Below, one piece after another: positions 53,108 to 64,000 of a stretch of DNA of 64,000 bases. The notes under the pieces are model-generated. The model was given only the letters and a program-made list of their open reading frames with translations. It made no database searches and was not told where the DNA came from. The stretch's first letter is position 1; each line of letters opens with the position of its first letter. This stretch comes from Chiloscyllium plagiosum (taxonomy: Eukaryota). The translations under genes and the position numbers were made by a program. Location of the stretch: NCBI RefSeq assembly GCF_004010195.1, contig NC_057718.1, positions 95,514,235-95,578,234 of the forward strand, read 5' to 3'.

Positions 53108-53688
53108 CTGCGTGTAAGAGAGAGAGACGTCACTAAGGGTGTAATACAGACACCACTTTTAGTGCACAATGATATTCTGTTACAGAGGAAAGAGAAGTAC
53201 TACAGGGTTAGGTAAAGCTATGTGCCACTGCTGTATTAATCACGTCAACTCCAGCATAGACTATCTGCATGGACTATCTGCCTTATTCTGAAAAGGCAGT
53301 AATGGGATAGAGAATGGAGAATAAAATGTACAACACCCACTTCTCTTCCCAAAGCAATAAGGATAGGCTCTGCAATTAGGCCATGGGTTACTACCATACA
53401 AATACTTCACACATGCTTCTGAAATTCTTTTCTCCATTATTACAATGGTGTTATAAATCCATTTAAAATAATTAATAGCTCAACTAAAATATGGAAATTT
53501 CAGACAAATTAATTAAATTTTTGCATAACAGTGCTGCATGGAATATTTTAAGGTAATGGCATTATGGGCTTTATCCATGGAAGTTTGTGAACCTCTTCAT
53601 AAATTTGTGCTTGTAGTTTTGCAGCAAGTTTGGTGTTTTTGTTGTAATACAAAAATACCTTAGTTAGGAGAATCACTTGAATATATAT

Positions 53689-53886
53689 CTCACAACACCA
53701 GGTTATGCTGTAATCAACTTTTGCTATAAATTCTGTGCCTTACAATTGTGTCCTCCACAACCACCTGATGAAGGAGCACCGCTCCGAAAGCTCGTGTGCT
53801 TCCAATTAAACCTGTTGGACTATAACCTGGTGTTGTGTGATTTTTAACTTTGTACACCCCAGTCCAACACCGAAATCTCCAAATCC
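53689..53886 (+). mobile_element. Short PLE-derived element with partial inverted end
   Basis: 11-bp TSD tgaatatatat (53678-88, 53887-97); cacaacaccaggttat / ataacctggtgttgtg inverted repeat. Confidence 0.8.
53762..53796 (+). ncRNA. Minimal type I hammerhead ribozyme motif (PLE-associated)
   Basis: CAC-CTGATGA-A-GGAGC(acc)GCTCC-GAA-AGCT-C-GTG: helix I CAC/GTG, helix II 5 bp, palindromic helix III AGCT, predicted cut after C53793. Confidence 0.75.
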
Positions 53887-54546
53887 TGAATATATATAAA
53901 TGTTTTCCCCTTGTACTACAGACTGCATGCAGCAGTCTCTTGCTGTGGCAGCCTCATCCTGGGTGGGTGGTCTTGGCTTGACATGGTGGTCTCCAGGTTT
54001 GACAGTCTTGTCCCAGCATCAACGCCTTCTTCAGCAGCACTTTCCAGGTGTCCCAGTGGCCCAGCATGGTGATCCCGTCCAGTCCCAGTGCGGAGGTATC
54101 ATCCTGGTGTGTAGCATGGAGGTCTCGTCCTGTTGCGGAGGTCCTGTATTCCAGTCTGGAGCAGCAGTATCTCATTGGTGACAGCCTTGACCTGGAGGGG
54201 CAGTCTCCAGATTTGATTGTTTTGTCCAAGCGTGGAGGTCTTGTAGGTGTGGACGTCAGATTCAGCTGCGGCTTCCAGGTATTTCAGCGCTTGTTGTCTT
54301 AATCGACTTTCTCCGAAATGAAATTAATTTCAGGTGAACTCTGCCTTACTTTTTTCTCCTTATCTATGTCATTAATACAGGCGCTGTAGTATGACAACTT
54401 AGAAAACTTTTCACTTTTATTTTTTAAAAATACACATGACAATCTATTCTGTTCGAATAGTATGCCCCCATTTGCCTCAACTACTGTGTCTCTTCCCAGT
54501 ACTGTGGTGGGATGCTCAAAAGATTATTATGACTTGTGTGTCTTAC

Positions 54547-54649
54547 TTTTGGGTTCAGATCAAAGAAGCTGTAGTACTTGTAACGTAACAGCAGCTTATC
54601 TTCCTTCTGGATGCCTTGTTCCATCAGTGAACGTGATGAATCTAGCCAT
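54547..54649 (-). CDS. FERMT1: FERMT1 exon 6
   Basis: tctgcAG / GTAAGA; 103 bp; [34 protein letters not shown]. Confidence 0.96.
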
Positions 54650-55018
54650 CTGCAGAAATTGTGCAATGAAAGAAACTGTAAATAAATGATGAAAGATCCA
54701 GAGGTGGAATCTTTGCTGTTTGCCTTTGTATTATTTCACATTTACTGCATTAAAGCAACCCACATAGTCAACCTTTGCTCTGTTTGGCTTAACCGATTAT
54801 CTACTAAAAATCAACCATTGTACTTTACAATAAACGTACCATAAACTATTAAGCTACATTCGAAAAGTTGCAACAAGGCACATTAACCACAATATTTCAT
54901 GGAATTCCAACTTACATTTTAACAGTTTATTATTTCTGTCACATATTGTCTTCAATTCAATTCTAGTTATAATTCTAAGGGTATTTTTGAATGAAAAGTG
55001 AGTGTCATCTTTCACATC

Positions 55019-58000
55019 TGTTAGGGACCAGGCCAGACACCCTCAAAACATTTCAGGAAAGTAGCCCAGATCCTTTCTTTGCTGGTTGTTTTAAGGTATA
55101 CTGCGGATATTCCAGGAGTGATGCAGTTGGTCAAACCACATAGTTTTAAACAAAACAGAATTTATTTACAAGATTACCAAATGAAACACAAACAAGACGG
55201 CTCAAATTAATTCAGCAGGAGGATGGGAACCTAAACTGTAGTTCCAGTGTCCAGGAAGTTGAGAGTAGTGAAGTCAGAAATAAGGCATCAAAGGTCACAA
55301 GAGCACACTGGCAAGCAGGAAAGTGGTTTGAAGTGTGTCTACTTCAACGCCAGGAGCATCTGGAATAAGGTGGGTGAGCTTGCACCATGGGTTGGTAGCT
55401 GAGACTTTGATGTTGTGGCCATTTCAGAGACATGGATAGAGCAGAGACAGGAATGGTTGTTGCAGTTTCTGGGATTTAGATGTTTCCGTAAGAACAGAGA
55501 AGGTGGTAAAAGAGGGGGAGGTGTGGCATTGTTAGTCAAGGACAGTATTACGGTGGCAGGAAGAACATTTGAGAACTCATCTACTGAGGTAATATGGGCT
55601 GAGGTTAGAAACAGGAAAGGAAAGGTCACCTTGTTGGGAGTTTTCGACAGGTCTCCGAATAGTTCCAGAGATACAGAGGAAAGGATTGCAGAGATAATCC
55701 TGGATAGGAGCGAGTGTGACCAGGTAGTTATAGGGAACTTTAACTTTCCAAATATTGACTGAAAATAGTATAGTTAGAGTACTTTAGATGGATCAGTTTT
55801 TGTCGAATGCGTGCAGGAGAGTTTCCTAACACACTATGTTGAGAGGCCAACAAGGAGCAAGGGCCTGTTGGATTTGGTACTGGGTAATGAACCCGGCCAG
55901 GTGTTAGATTTGTGATGGTGACCACAATTTGGTTATGTTTACTTTACCAATGGGCAAGAGCTACAGCTGGGGGGGGGAAAGGCAATTACGATGCAATTAG
56001 ACAAGATTCAGGATGCATAGGATGGGGAAAGAAACTGCAGGGGATGGGCACAATTGAAATATGGAGCTTATTCAAGGAACAGCTACTGCGTGTCCTTGAT
56101 AAGTATGTACCTGTCAGGCAGGGAGCAAGTGGTCGAGCGGGGGAGCCATGGTTTACAAAAGAAGTCAAATCTCTTGTCAAGAGCAAGAAGGAGGCTTACG
56201 TTAGGATGAGACGTGAAGGTCTCAGGGTGCTTGAGAGTTACAAGTTAGCCAGGAAAAACCTAAAGAGAAAGCTAAGAAGAGCCAGGAGGGGACGTGAGAA
56301 GTTGTTGGTGGATAGGATCAAGGAAAACACAAAGGCTTGCTATAGGTATATCAGGAAGAAAAGAATGACAAGAGTAAGATTAGGGCCAGTCAAGGACTGT
56401 AGTGGGAAGTTGTGCATGGAATCCGACGAGATAGGAGAAGCACTAAATGAATATTTTTCGTCAGTATTCACACTGGAAAAAGACAATGTCGTCGAGGAGA
56501 ATACTGATATTCAGGCTATTAGACTAGATGGGATCGAGGTTCACAAGGAGGAGGTGTTAGCAATTCTGGAAAGTGTGAAATAGATAAATCCCCTTTAGCC
56601 AGATGGTATTTATCTTAGGATTCTCTGGGAAGCCAGGGAGGAGATTGCAGAGCCTTTGGCTTTAATCTTTATGTCATTATTGTCTACAAAAATAGTGCCA
56701 GAAGACTGGAGGATAGCAAATGTTGTTCCCTTGTTCAAGAAGGGGAGTAGAGACAACCCTGGTAATTATAGACCAGTGAGTCTTTCTTCGGTTGTGGGTA
56801 AAGTGTTGAAAAAGGTTATAAGAGATAGGATTTATAATCAACTGCAAAGGAATAAGTTGGAATAGTCAACACTGTTTTGCGAAGGGTAGGCCATGGCTCA
56901 CAAACCTTATTGAGTTCTTTGAGAAGGTGACCAAACAGGTGGATGAGGGTAAAGCGGTTTATGTGTTGTACATGGATTTCAGTAAGGTGTTTGATAAGGT
57001 TCCACACAGTAGGCTACTGCACAAAACACGAAGGCACGGGATTGAGGGTGATTTCGGGGTTTAGATCAGAAATTGGCTAGCTGAAAGAAGACAGATGGTG
57101 ATGGTTGATGGGAAACGTTCATCCTGGTGTTCAGCTACTAGTGGTGTACTGCAAGTATCTGTTTTGGAGCCACTGCTGTTTGTCATTTTTATAAATGACC
57201 TGGATGAGGGCATAGAAGGATGGGTTTGTAAATTTGCAGAAGACACGAAGGTCGATGGATTTGTGGATAGTGCTGAAGCATGTTGTAGGTTACAGAGGGA
57301 CATAGATAAGCTGCAGGGCTAGGCTGAGAGGTGGCAAATGGGGTTTAATGCGGAAAAGTGTGAAGTCATTCACTTTGGTAGGAGCAACAAGAATAAAGAG
57401 TACTGGGCTAATGGTTAGATTCTTGGTTGTGTAGCTGAGCAGAGAGATCTAGGTGTCCAGGTACATAGATCCTTGAAAGTTACCTCCCAGGTTGATAGGG
57501 TTGTTAAGAAGGCATACAGTGTGTTAGCTTTTATTGGTAGAGAGATTGATTTTCAGAGTCATGCGATCATGCTGCAGCAGTACAAAACTCTGGTAAGGCT
57601 ACACTTGGAGTATTGTGTACAGTTCTGGTCACCGCATTATACAAAGGACGTGGAAGCTTTGATAAGGGGTCAGAAGTGATTTACCAGGATGTTGCCTGAA
57701 TAGTGTAGAATTGATGGGCTTCACAGATTGGTTCCACAGGTTGGTGCAACATAGAGGACTGAAGGGCCTGTACTGCGCTGTAATGTTCTAACAGAATACC
57801 AAATAACTTAACCTTGTTCCATGTTAGCTGTTTCTTGGATCAGCAGCCTCAAACTGCCTGACTGCTCTCAGTGAATAGTCAGACTGTCAAATCAAACCAA
57901 ACCAGAGAAAAGATGAGCTGGGAGTATTAGTCACTCCCCTTTCTTTGTAGAAGTTTTTTTTTTAAATAAGTTGAAAGCCTTTTTCCTGAGACAGTATCTG

Positions 58001-58123
58001 TTAACTAAAATCAAACTGGCCCTAAAACCCTTGAAACCCAACATTCAGAACCAGTGTTGTTATAACCTCCTGAAAAAGAAATCAAGGGCAACATAATCGT
58101 GTTAAAGGAGCAGCATCATCACA
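55019..58123 (-). mobile_element. Solo LTR (TG...CA) split by a CR1 insertion
   Basis: 4-bp TSD catc (55015-18, 58124-27); AATAAA on minus near 55161; halves 55019-55197 and 57791-58123. Confidence 0.7.
55198..57790 (+). mobile_element. CR1-like LINE, near-complete but disrupted ORF2 (EN + RT)
   Basis: YFNARSI.NK..AISETW..REGGKRGGGVALLVKD..GNFNFPNID; DWRIANVVPLFKKGSRDNPGNYRPVSL; LLFVIFINDLD..KFAEDTKV; multiple stops. Confidence 0.92.
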
Positions 58124-59434
58124 CATCAGTATTCCTGTGACTAATTGAGACGAAATTTATTACAATATGTCCATATATAATGACCGAGCATTGTTAGCTG
58201 TGTTCTGGAGGGCTGCTTTAGAGAAAAATTGGACTAAGAGTTACCCATATTCCTGGCACTTGCCGATATGCCCTGACCAGATAGATTCCAGGAAACATAC
58301 ATTTTAATGTGCGCTGGGAACATTGAGCGTAGGAAAGTGTGGCTTCTCCTGGAAGGACTATTGATTAGATTTGAGTGGAAGCTGTTTGCTGGGTGCAAGA
58401 ATATTATATAGAATATGCAGTACTGAAACAATCAGTCCACGCTAGCATTAATGCTCCACTTGAATTCCACACCACCCCATTCTGACCAGTTCAACTTCAG
58501 TGACATTAACTTCTATTCCTTTTTCCCTGATACATATATCTACCCTTGTTTTGAATGCATCACTGTATTCACCTCAATCACACTGTGAAGAGATTACTAA
58601 GCACCACATTGAAAGCAGAGGTGATACCAAATGAGGAGCAATAGACGGAAGGAGGGGGTAAGGGTCACAAGCGCAGTGGCAGGGCTCGCATGTACGTATG
58701 TTAGACAAGATACAAACAGAGTTGCATTGACAAAATTAACAAGCAGTTTATGAACTTACTTGAGAATCTTCAGTGCACCTTAGAATGCTGAAAAAGTGCT
58801 ATTTGTATGTATTCAGACATACGTAAAGGCATGCATGAAATTTGGTATGGTTTGGAACAACCTTTTGCTTCTGAGACCCTCCTCCCAAGATATAAAACTT
58901 TCACAGACCCCTACATACAGGAATGTTTACTGTATAAAAAAATCAGTATAAGCCCAGCCAGCAAAGCTCACTTACTCTTAGATGAATCTCAAAAAAGCAA
59001 TATTAGATAGGGATAATATTATTATTATCGGGGTCAATCACTCACTCTTTTCTCTGGAATTCAGATCTTTTGTCTATGTTTAGAACAAGACTGTGAAGAA
59101 GTCTGGAGCCGCGTGGCTCGTGTGGAACCCAAAATGAGCATCGGTGAGCAGGCTATTGCTAAGTATTTGTTCCATGATTGCACAGCCAGTGGCACCTTCC
59201 CATCAGTCAGTAGATTAATGCGGTGATAATCAGCCAGATTGGATTTGGCTTGCTTTTCAGGGACAGGGGGTACTGGGCAATTTTTCCCATGGCTGGCTAT
59301 TTGTCAGTATTGGAGCTGTAAAGGAATAGGTTGACTCAGGGTGGAGCTGGTACTTGAGCACATGAGTTCGGTGGGGCTGCTGAGGTATTACCAGGACCCA
59401 CAACTGTGCAGTGCCTTCAGCTGTTTCTTCATAT

Positions 59435-59708
59435 CACAGAATCCCTACCAGTGCAGGTAGAAGCCTTTCAGTCCATTGAGTCAGCATCAACCCTTTGAAA
59501 AGCATCCCACTCAGTCCCACTGTAAATCCACTGATCCACCTAACCTGCACATCTTTGGATTTTGAAACTGAAGTACCTGGTGCAAACTCCACACAGACCC
59601 TTGGAGAACATGCAAACTCCACGCAGACAGTAGCCCAAGGCTGGAATTGAACTTGGATCCTTGGCACTGTGAGGCGGTAAAGTGAACCGCTGTGTCACCA
59701 TGCTGCCC
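59435..59708 (-). mobile_element. V-SINE/HE1-like SINE
   Basis: Reverse-complement SINE consensus. Confidence 0.8.
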
Positions 59709-59990
59709 TATACATCATGTGGAGCGAATGAAGATATGAATCTTTTAAACTACTTAAACATCTGATTGATGGGTTGAATGGCTGCTTTATGTGCCAGAAC
59801 TTTTCTGTAGTTAAATGGTGTATCACCTGTTAAGCTTCTAACTCAAGGGACTATAAGCCTTTGCAAGCTGACCTCATAATTTGACACCATTATCATGGCA
59901 AGAGGGTTATATATAATAAACTTGTTCCTTTGCATCACTGCAATTTAAATAGTAGGTAATTAGTAAATAAATCATGTCAAGCAATCCTAC

Positions 59991-60204
59991 CCAGCATTCA
60001 GCTCTGCTTTGTCCACTTGATTCTGTGGCCTGTACATTTTGGCCAGTGCCTCTGGTGTAAGGATTGGCCGGCTGACAGCCAGAATGTTACAGTTCCGTTC
60101 GGCGAGAGGACTATCACTGAACCATGTAATTGTAGAAGAGACAGGTGTTCCATTGACAGGGTCGTATATGGGAGTCATCGTCTTGCTGTATAGACCAGGA
60201 CTTG
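59991..60204 (-). CDS. FERMT1: FERMT1 exon 5 (upstream exons lie beyond the window end)
   Basis: gcacAG / GTAGGA; 214 bp; [46 protein letters not shown]...DKAELNA(G). Confidence 0.96.
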
Positions 60205-61703
60205 CTGTGCAACGAGACAAGTGACAAAATGTTTATATCATTGACACTGAAGCACTCTGATATTTATTAGAAGTGAGCAAATACAAAATGAAGCAATAAC
60301 CTTTGTGCTGATGTTTGGTGTCTTCACAGGATAGAGGTCTAAATCTGGTTCGTTACTTTAATTTGGACCGATGACAGATGTGCATTGCAGGAAGTTATAA
60401 AGACTGGCTACACCATAATTAACTAACTACAAAGCAGAAACGACATAATATGTAAATATTTCACTCGGTTATTGTGTTAATGGTATCATAAAGGCAAGAT
60501 GTCCTCTGAATGCTTTTTCTTGTAAAGTTGGTAAACATCCATTTTAGAATTTCACTATAAATAGTAAACACCCTTCAATATTGGTGGAGGGGATTTCCAC
60601 CCACAGTCCCAATATATGTGCAGCAAAACTTGAGAAATTGCCTTGCTCTTCCTATTATAACATACAATAAAATGCAAGAAATCTGAAGACAAATCTTAAG
60701 AACACAATAGATTACAACAAACAAACAGTATTGGTGCTGTTCCACATTAACAATTGTTATGATCATTAAAACAAACATTACCATCGTGTTCTTAATATAA
60801 TTAGTCAGTAACCATGGCAATACCAAGCGCATGTACACAACATTTACTTTTGCAGTCACGCCTCAATCATGCTCTGGCAAAGTAGAAACTAGGTTTTATG
60901 GAAATTCTAGACTTAGTCATTGAATTTAAATGCCACCAGCTGCTGTGGTCAGATTTGAACCCATGCCCCTTGAGCACTGGCCTGTGCCTCTGAATTATTA
61001 GTTTGACTTTTCCTTTATCATTGTGAGAGATATTGGCATTGCTGGGCAAGGTTGGCATTGTTTGCCCATCTCCAGTTGCTCTTGAGCTGTCTCTCGGCCA
61101 TTCCAGAGAACAATTTTTAAAAAAGTCAGAAACATTCCCGAGGACCTGGAGTCACATCAGGTAAGGGTGGTGGATTCCCTTCTCTGAAGGGCATTACGGA
61201 ATCAAATGCTTTTCAAGACAAGCCAATGATAGTTCCGCCATGAAACGGATCCCAGATTTATTAATTGACTTTAAATTCCACCAGTGTCCTCATTAGTTTT
61301 AAGGATTTCCTTCTCTAAAAATGAGTGAACCAGATGGATATTTACAACAATAGACAATGGTTCCTTTGTCACCATGAGATATGTTTTAATTTCGGATTTC
61401 ATTGACTCAAATTTCACCATTTGTTGTAGTGGGATTCAAATCCATGTCCCTAGTAGGCTCTGGATTACTACTCCCATGATATTACAACTAAATTGACACC
61501 TCCCCTTACCAAGTTATCATGCTGTTCCTGTGTGCTTCCAGTGGCTAAAGTGGCTAAAGTAAATATCTGACAGAGCTCTTCATTCTGACAGCAGGGCGAA
61601 TAAAGCATGGTCCAGGGTGAGAAGGAATTGTACTTAATCAAACACCTCCAATTTGAGGTTTTCAAGTATATCACATTGAGTTATCTGACTGGAGTGTAGA
61701 TCT

Positions 61704-62102
61704 TTGAGGAGAAAGTGAGGACTGCAGATGCTGGAGATCAGAGCTGAAAATGTGTTGCTGGAAAAACGCAGCAGGTCAGGCAGCATCCAAGGAACAGGAC
61801 TTGGAAGTCAGTTTGACTTCCAAACTGACAATAAGTAACATAATAGAATCATTTAAAGTTTATTGGTGACCTGATGATCAATTTTTTTTTCTATCAGTTG
61901 GAGATTTTGCTTTTCCCTTAAGTAATCTGCAGAAACAGGTCAAACAAGTCACTTTGAAATAGCACCTACGAACTAGCCAAGAATGTAAATGTGTGACACC
62001 AAGGAACATTCCTGAAGAAGGGCTTATGCCCGAAACGTCGATTCTCCTGCTCCTTGGATGCTGCCTGACCTGCTGCGCTTTTCCAGCAACACATTTTCAG
62101 CC
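61704..62102. mobile_element. Fold-back PLE-derived element carrying captured flanking DNA
   Basis: 15-bp TSD ctggagtgtagatct (61689-703, 62103-117); same arms as 47638-47883; hammerhead motif at 62008-62043. Confidence 0.88.
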
Positions 62103-62595
62103 CTGGAGTGTAGATCTATCAGACTGTGATGTGAAAAGGCAGAAATCTGTTGAATTCCTACTCTTAAGAATCCCCATTTTAAATATTTTTAAATTAATTG
62201 CACCCAACTTATCTTTCAAGAATGGTTTTCTACAGCAGTTGCCAATCAATATCTCAGTGACTTGTTTGACCTGTTTCTGCAGATTACTTAAGGGAAAAGC
62301 AAAATCTCCAACTGATAGAAAAAAAAACATTGATCATCAGGTAACCAATAAACTTTAAATGATTCTATTATGGTACTTATTGTCAGTTTGGAAGTCAAAG
62401 AAAGAATAATGAGGTCCAGGGCAATACTTAGACTTGACTCTTGTAGAGACCTAAGCCAACAATGCAGAGGTAAGAGGAAAGTGCATTAAAGAGGTTGAAA
62501 TAAAGACAAAATTCTGCAGAGTCTGGAAATCTGATTCAAAAATATCTACACTGGTGAAACTGGTTCATTACTTTAATTTGGACTGATGACAGTTA

Positions 62596-62891
62596 GGGCA
62601 GCACGGTGGCTCAATGGTTAGCACTGCTGCCTCACAGTGCCAGGGACCCAGGTTCGATTCCGATCTCGGACGACTGTCTGTGTGGAGTTTTCACATTCTC
62701 CCCTTGTCTGTATGGGTTTCCTCTGGGTGCTCCAGTTTCCTCCCACAATCCAAAGATGTGCAGGTTAGGTGGATTGGCCATGCTAAATTGCCCCTAATGT
62801 TAGGTGCATTTGTCAAGGGTAAATGTTGGGTCAGTGTGGACTTGTTGGGCCAAAGGTCCTGTCTCCACACTGTAGGGAATCTAATCTAATC
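62596..62891 (+). mobile_element. V-SINE/HE1-like SINE
   Basis: SINE consensus; absent from the paralogous site near 60377-60424. Confidence 0.85.
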
Positions 62892-63524
62892 ATTATGGTG
62901 TAGCCATAATGCACATCTAAGTACAAAGTAGAAACAACATAACATGAAAACATTTCACTCTGTCATTGTGTTACTGGTGTCAGAAAGCCATTGGCAAGAT
63001 GTCCTCTAAATGCTATTTCTTGTAAAGTTGATAAAAATTCATTTTAGATCTTCAGTCCAATTTTACTGCAAATAGTGAACAGAAAAAATTATCCGTCAAT
63101 GGTGGTTGGCAGTGGGGGGCGGATTTCCACCCATAGTTCCAATACTTGCAGCATGTAAAACTCGATAAAATTCATAGCTTTTCCCATGTAACATACAATA
63201 AAAGAAATCCAAAGACAAGTCTTAAAAACACAACAGCTTGCTGCTGCTAGATTTATTCTATTGGTGTTCCTTCTCCTGGATGGGGGGAAATAGCAAGGAA
63301 TTTTGCTGAATTTGCCTTTGCTCAGGGTGTGTTTCTAGGATGCTGCTACATTGATGAGTAGTAGTTAAGATATATATTATTTTAAATATGTTGATAGAGT
63401 TAAAGTTATGCCAATTTTTATTTTAATTTATATTTTAACTCTGGTGTAAGAATAAGTGATTTTTGCTTAAAGTCTAGGAATTGAATCACATCATAAGATC
63501 TTATACTTGCCTCTAAATAAGATA

Positions 63525-64000
63525 AAGAACAAAGGAAATTACAGCACAGAACAGGCCCTTCGGCCCTCCCTGCAACGATCTGATCCTCTGTCTAAACCTG
63601 TCACCTATTTTCTAAGGATCTGTATCCCTTGCTCCCTGCTCATTCATATATCTGTCTAGATACATCTTAAATGATGCTATCATACCCGCCTCTACCGGCA
63701 AAGCGTTCCAGTCACCCACCATCCTCTGTGTAAAGAAATTTACACGCATATTTTCTGATTCAGTATGTGGATGTACCTACTAAGGAAGGTGCAAAACTTG
63801 ACCTACTCTTGGGAAATAAGGCATGGCAGGTGACTGAAGTGTCAGTGGAGGAGCACTTTGGGGCCAGTGACCATAATTCTATTTGTTTTTAAATAGTGAT
63901 GGAAAAGGATAGACCAGATCTAAAAGTTGAAGTTCTAAATTGGAGAAAGGTCAATTTTGACGGTATTAGGCAAGAACTTTTGAAAACTGATTGGATGCAG
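63525..64000. mobile_element. CR1 3' tail on - (63525-63750) abutting a CR1 ORF2 fragment on + (63751-end)
   Basis: The + part is nearly identical to about 43527-43778. Confidence 0.8.

Larger units (their letters stand above)
60345..63236 (+). repeat. Diverged local direct duplication: 60345-60710 versus 62560-62595 + 62892-63236
   Basis: Collinear blocks such as ggcaagatgtcctct.aatgct.tttcttgtaaagttg, ggatttccaccca.agt.ccaata and taacatacaataaaa. Confidence 0.8.

Noticed and set aside
53900..54450. GC-richer stretch with overlapping 84-93-aa ORFs in FERMT1 intron 6
   Set aside because: No recognisable protein in any frame; it ends in a retroposon-like tail (aaaacttttcact...acacatgacaatctattct), so it is probably a repeat I cannot name.
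24598..60204. Assignment of the kindlin gene as FERMT2 or FERMT3
   Set aside because: Exon 5, exon 7 and C-terminal sequences, exon sizes and CRLS1 linkage all fit FERMT1 better.

Overview
Vertebrate genomic DNA, most likely from a cartilaginous fish (inferred from shark-type tRNA-derived V-SINE/HE1-like SINEs, CR1/HER1-like LINEs and abundant Penelope-like elements). Two spliced genes converge tail to tail. The last four coding exons of CRLS1 (cardiolipin synthase) lie on + at 8323-16925. Eleven coding exons of FERMT1 (kindlin-1, exons 5-15 in human numbering) lie on - at 60204-24598, with intact phases and one GC-AG intron. The rest is intron or intergenic DNA filled with decayed CR1 LINEs, SINEs, Penelope-like elements (PLEs), a TA-flanked MITE, solo LTRs and one 198-N assembly gap. 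Two signals stand out. (i) About ten minimal hammerhead-ribozyme motifs (CTGANGA-A-helix II-GAAA-palindrome-H) show helix covariation across several short PLE-derived, often fold-back, TSD-flanked elements. (ii) At least three retroposon insertions carry copies of nearby genomic DNA, which suggests local template capture during integration. No database searches or folding programs were run, so family names rest on recognition of the sequence.
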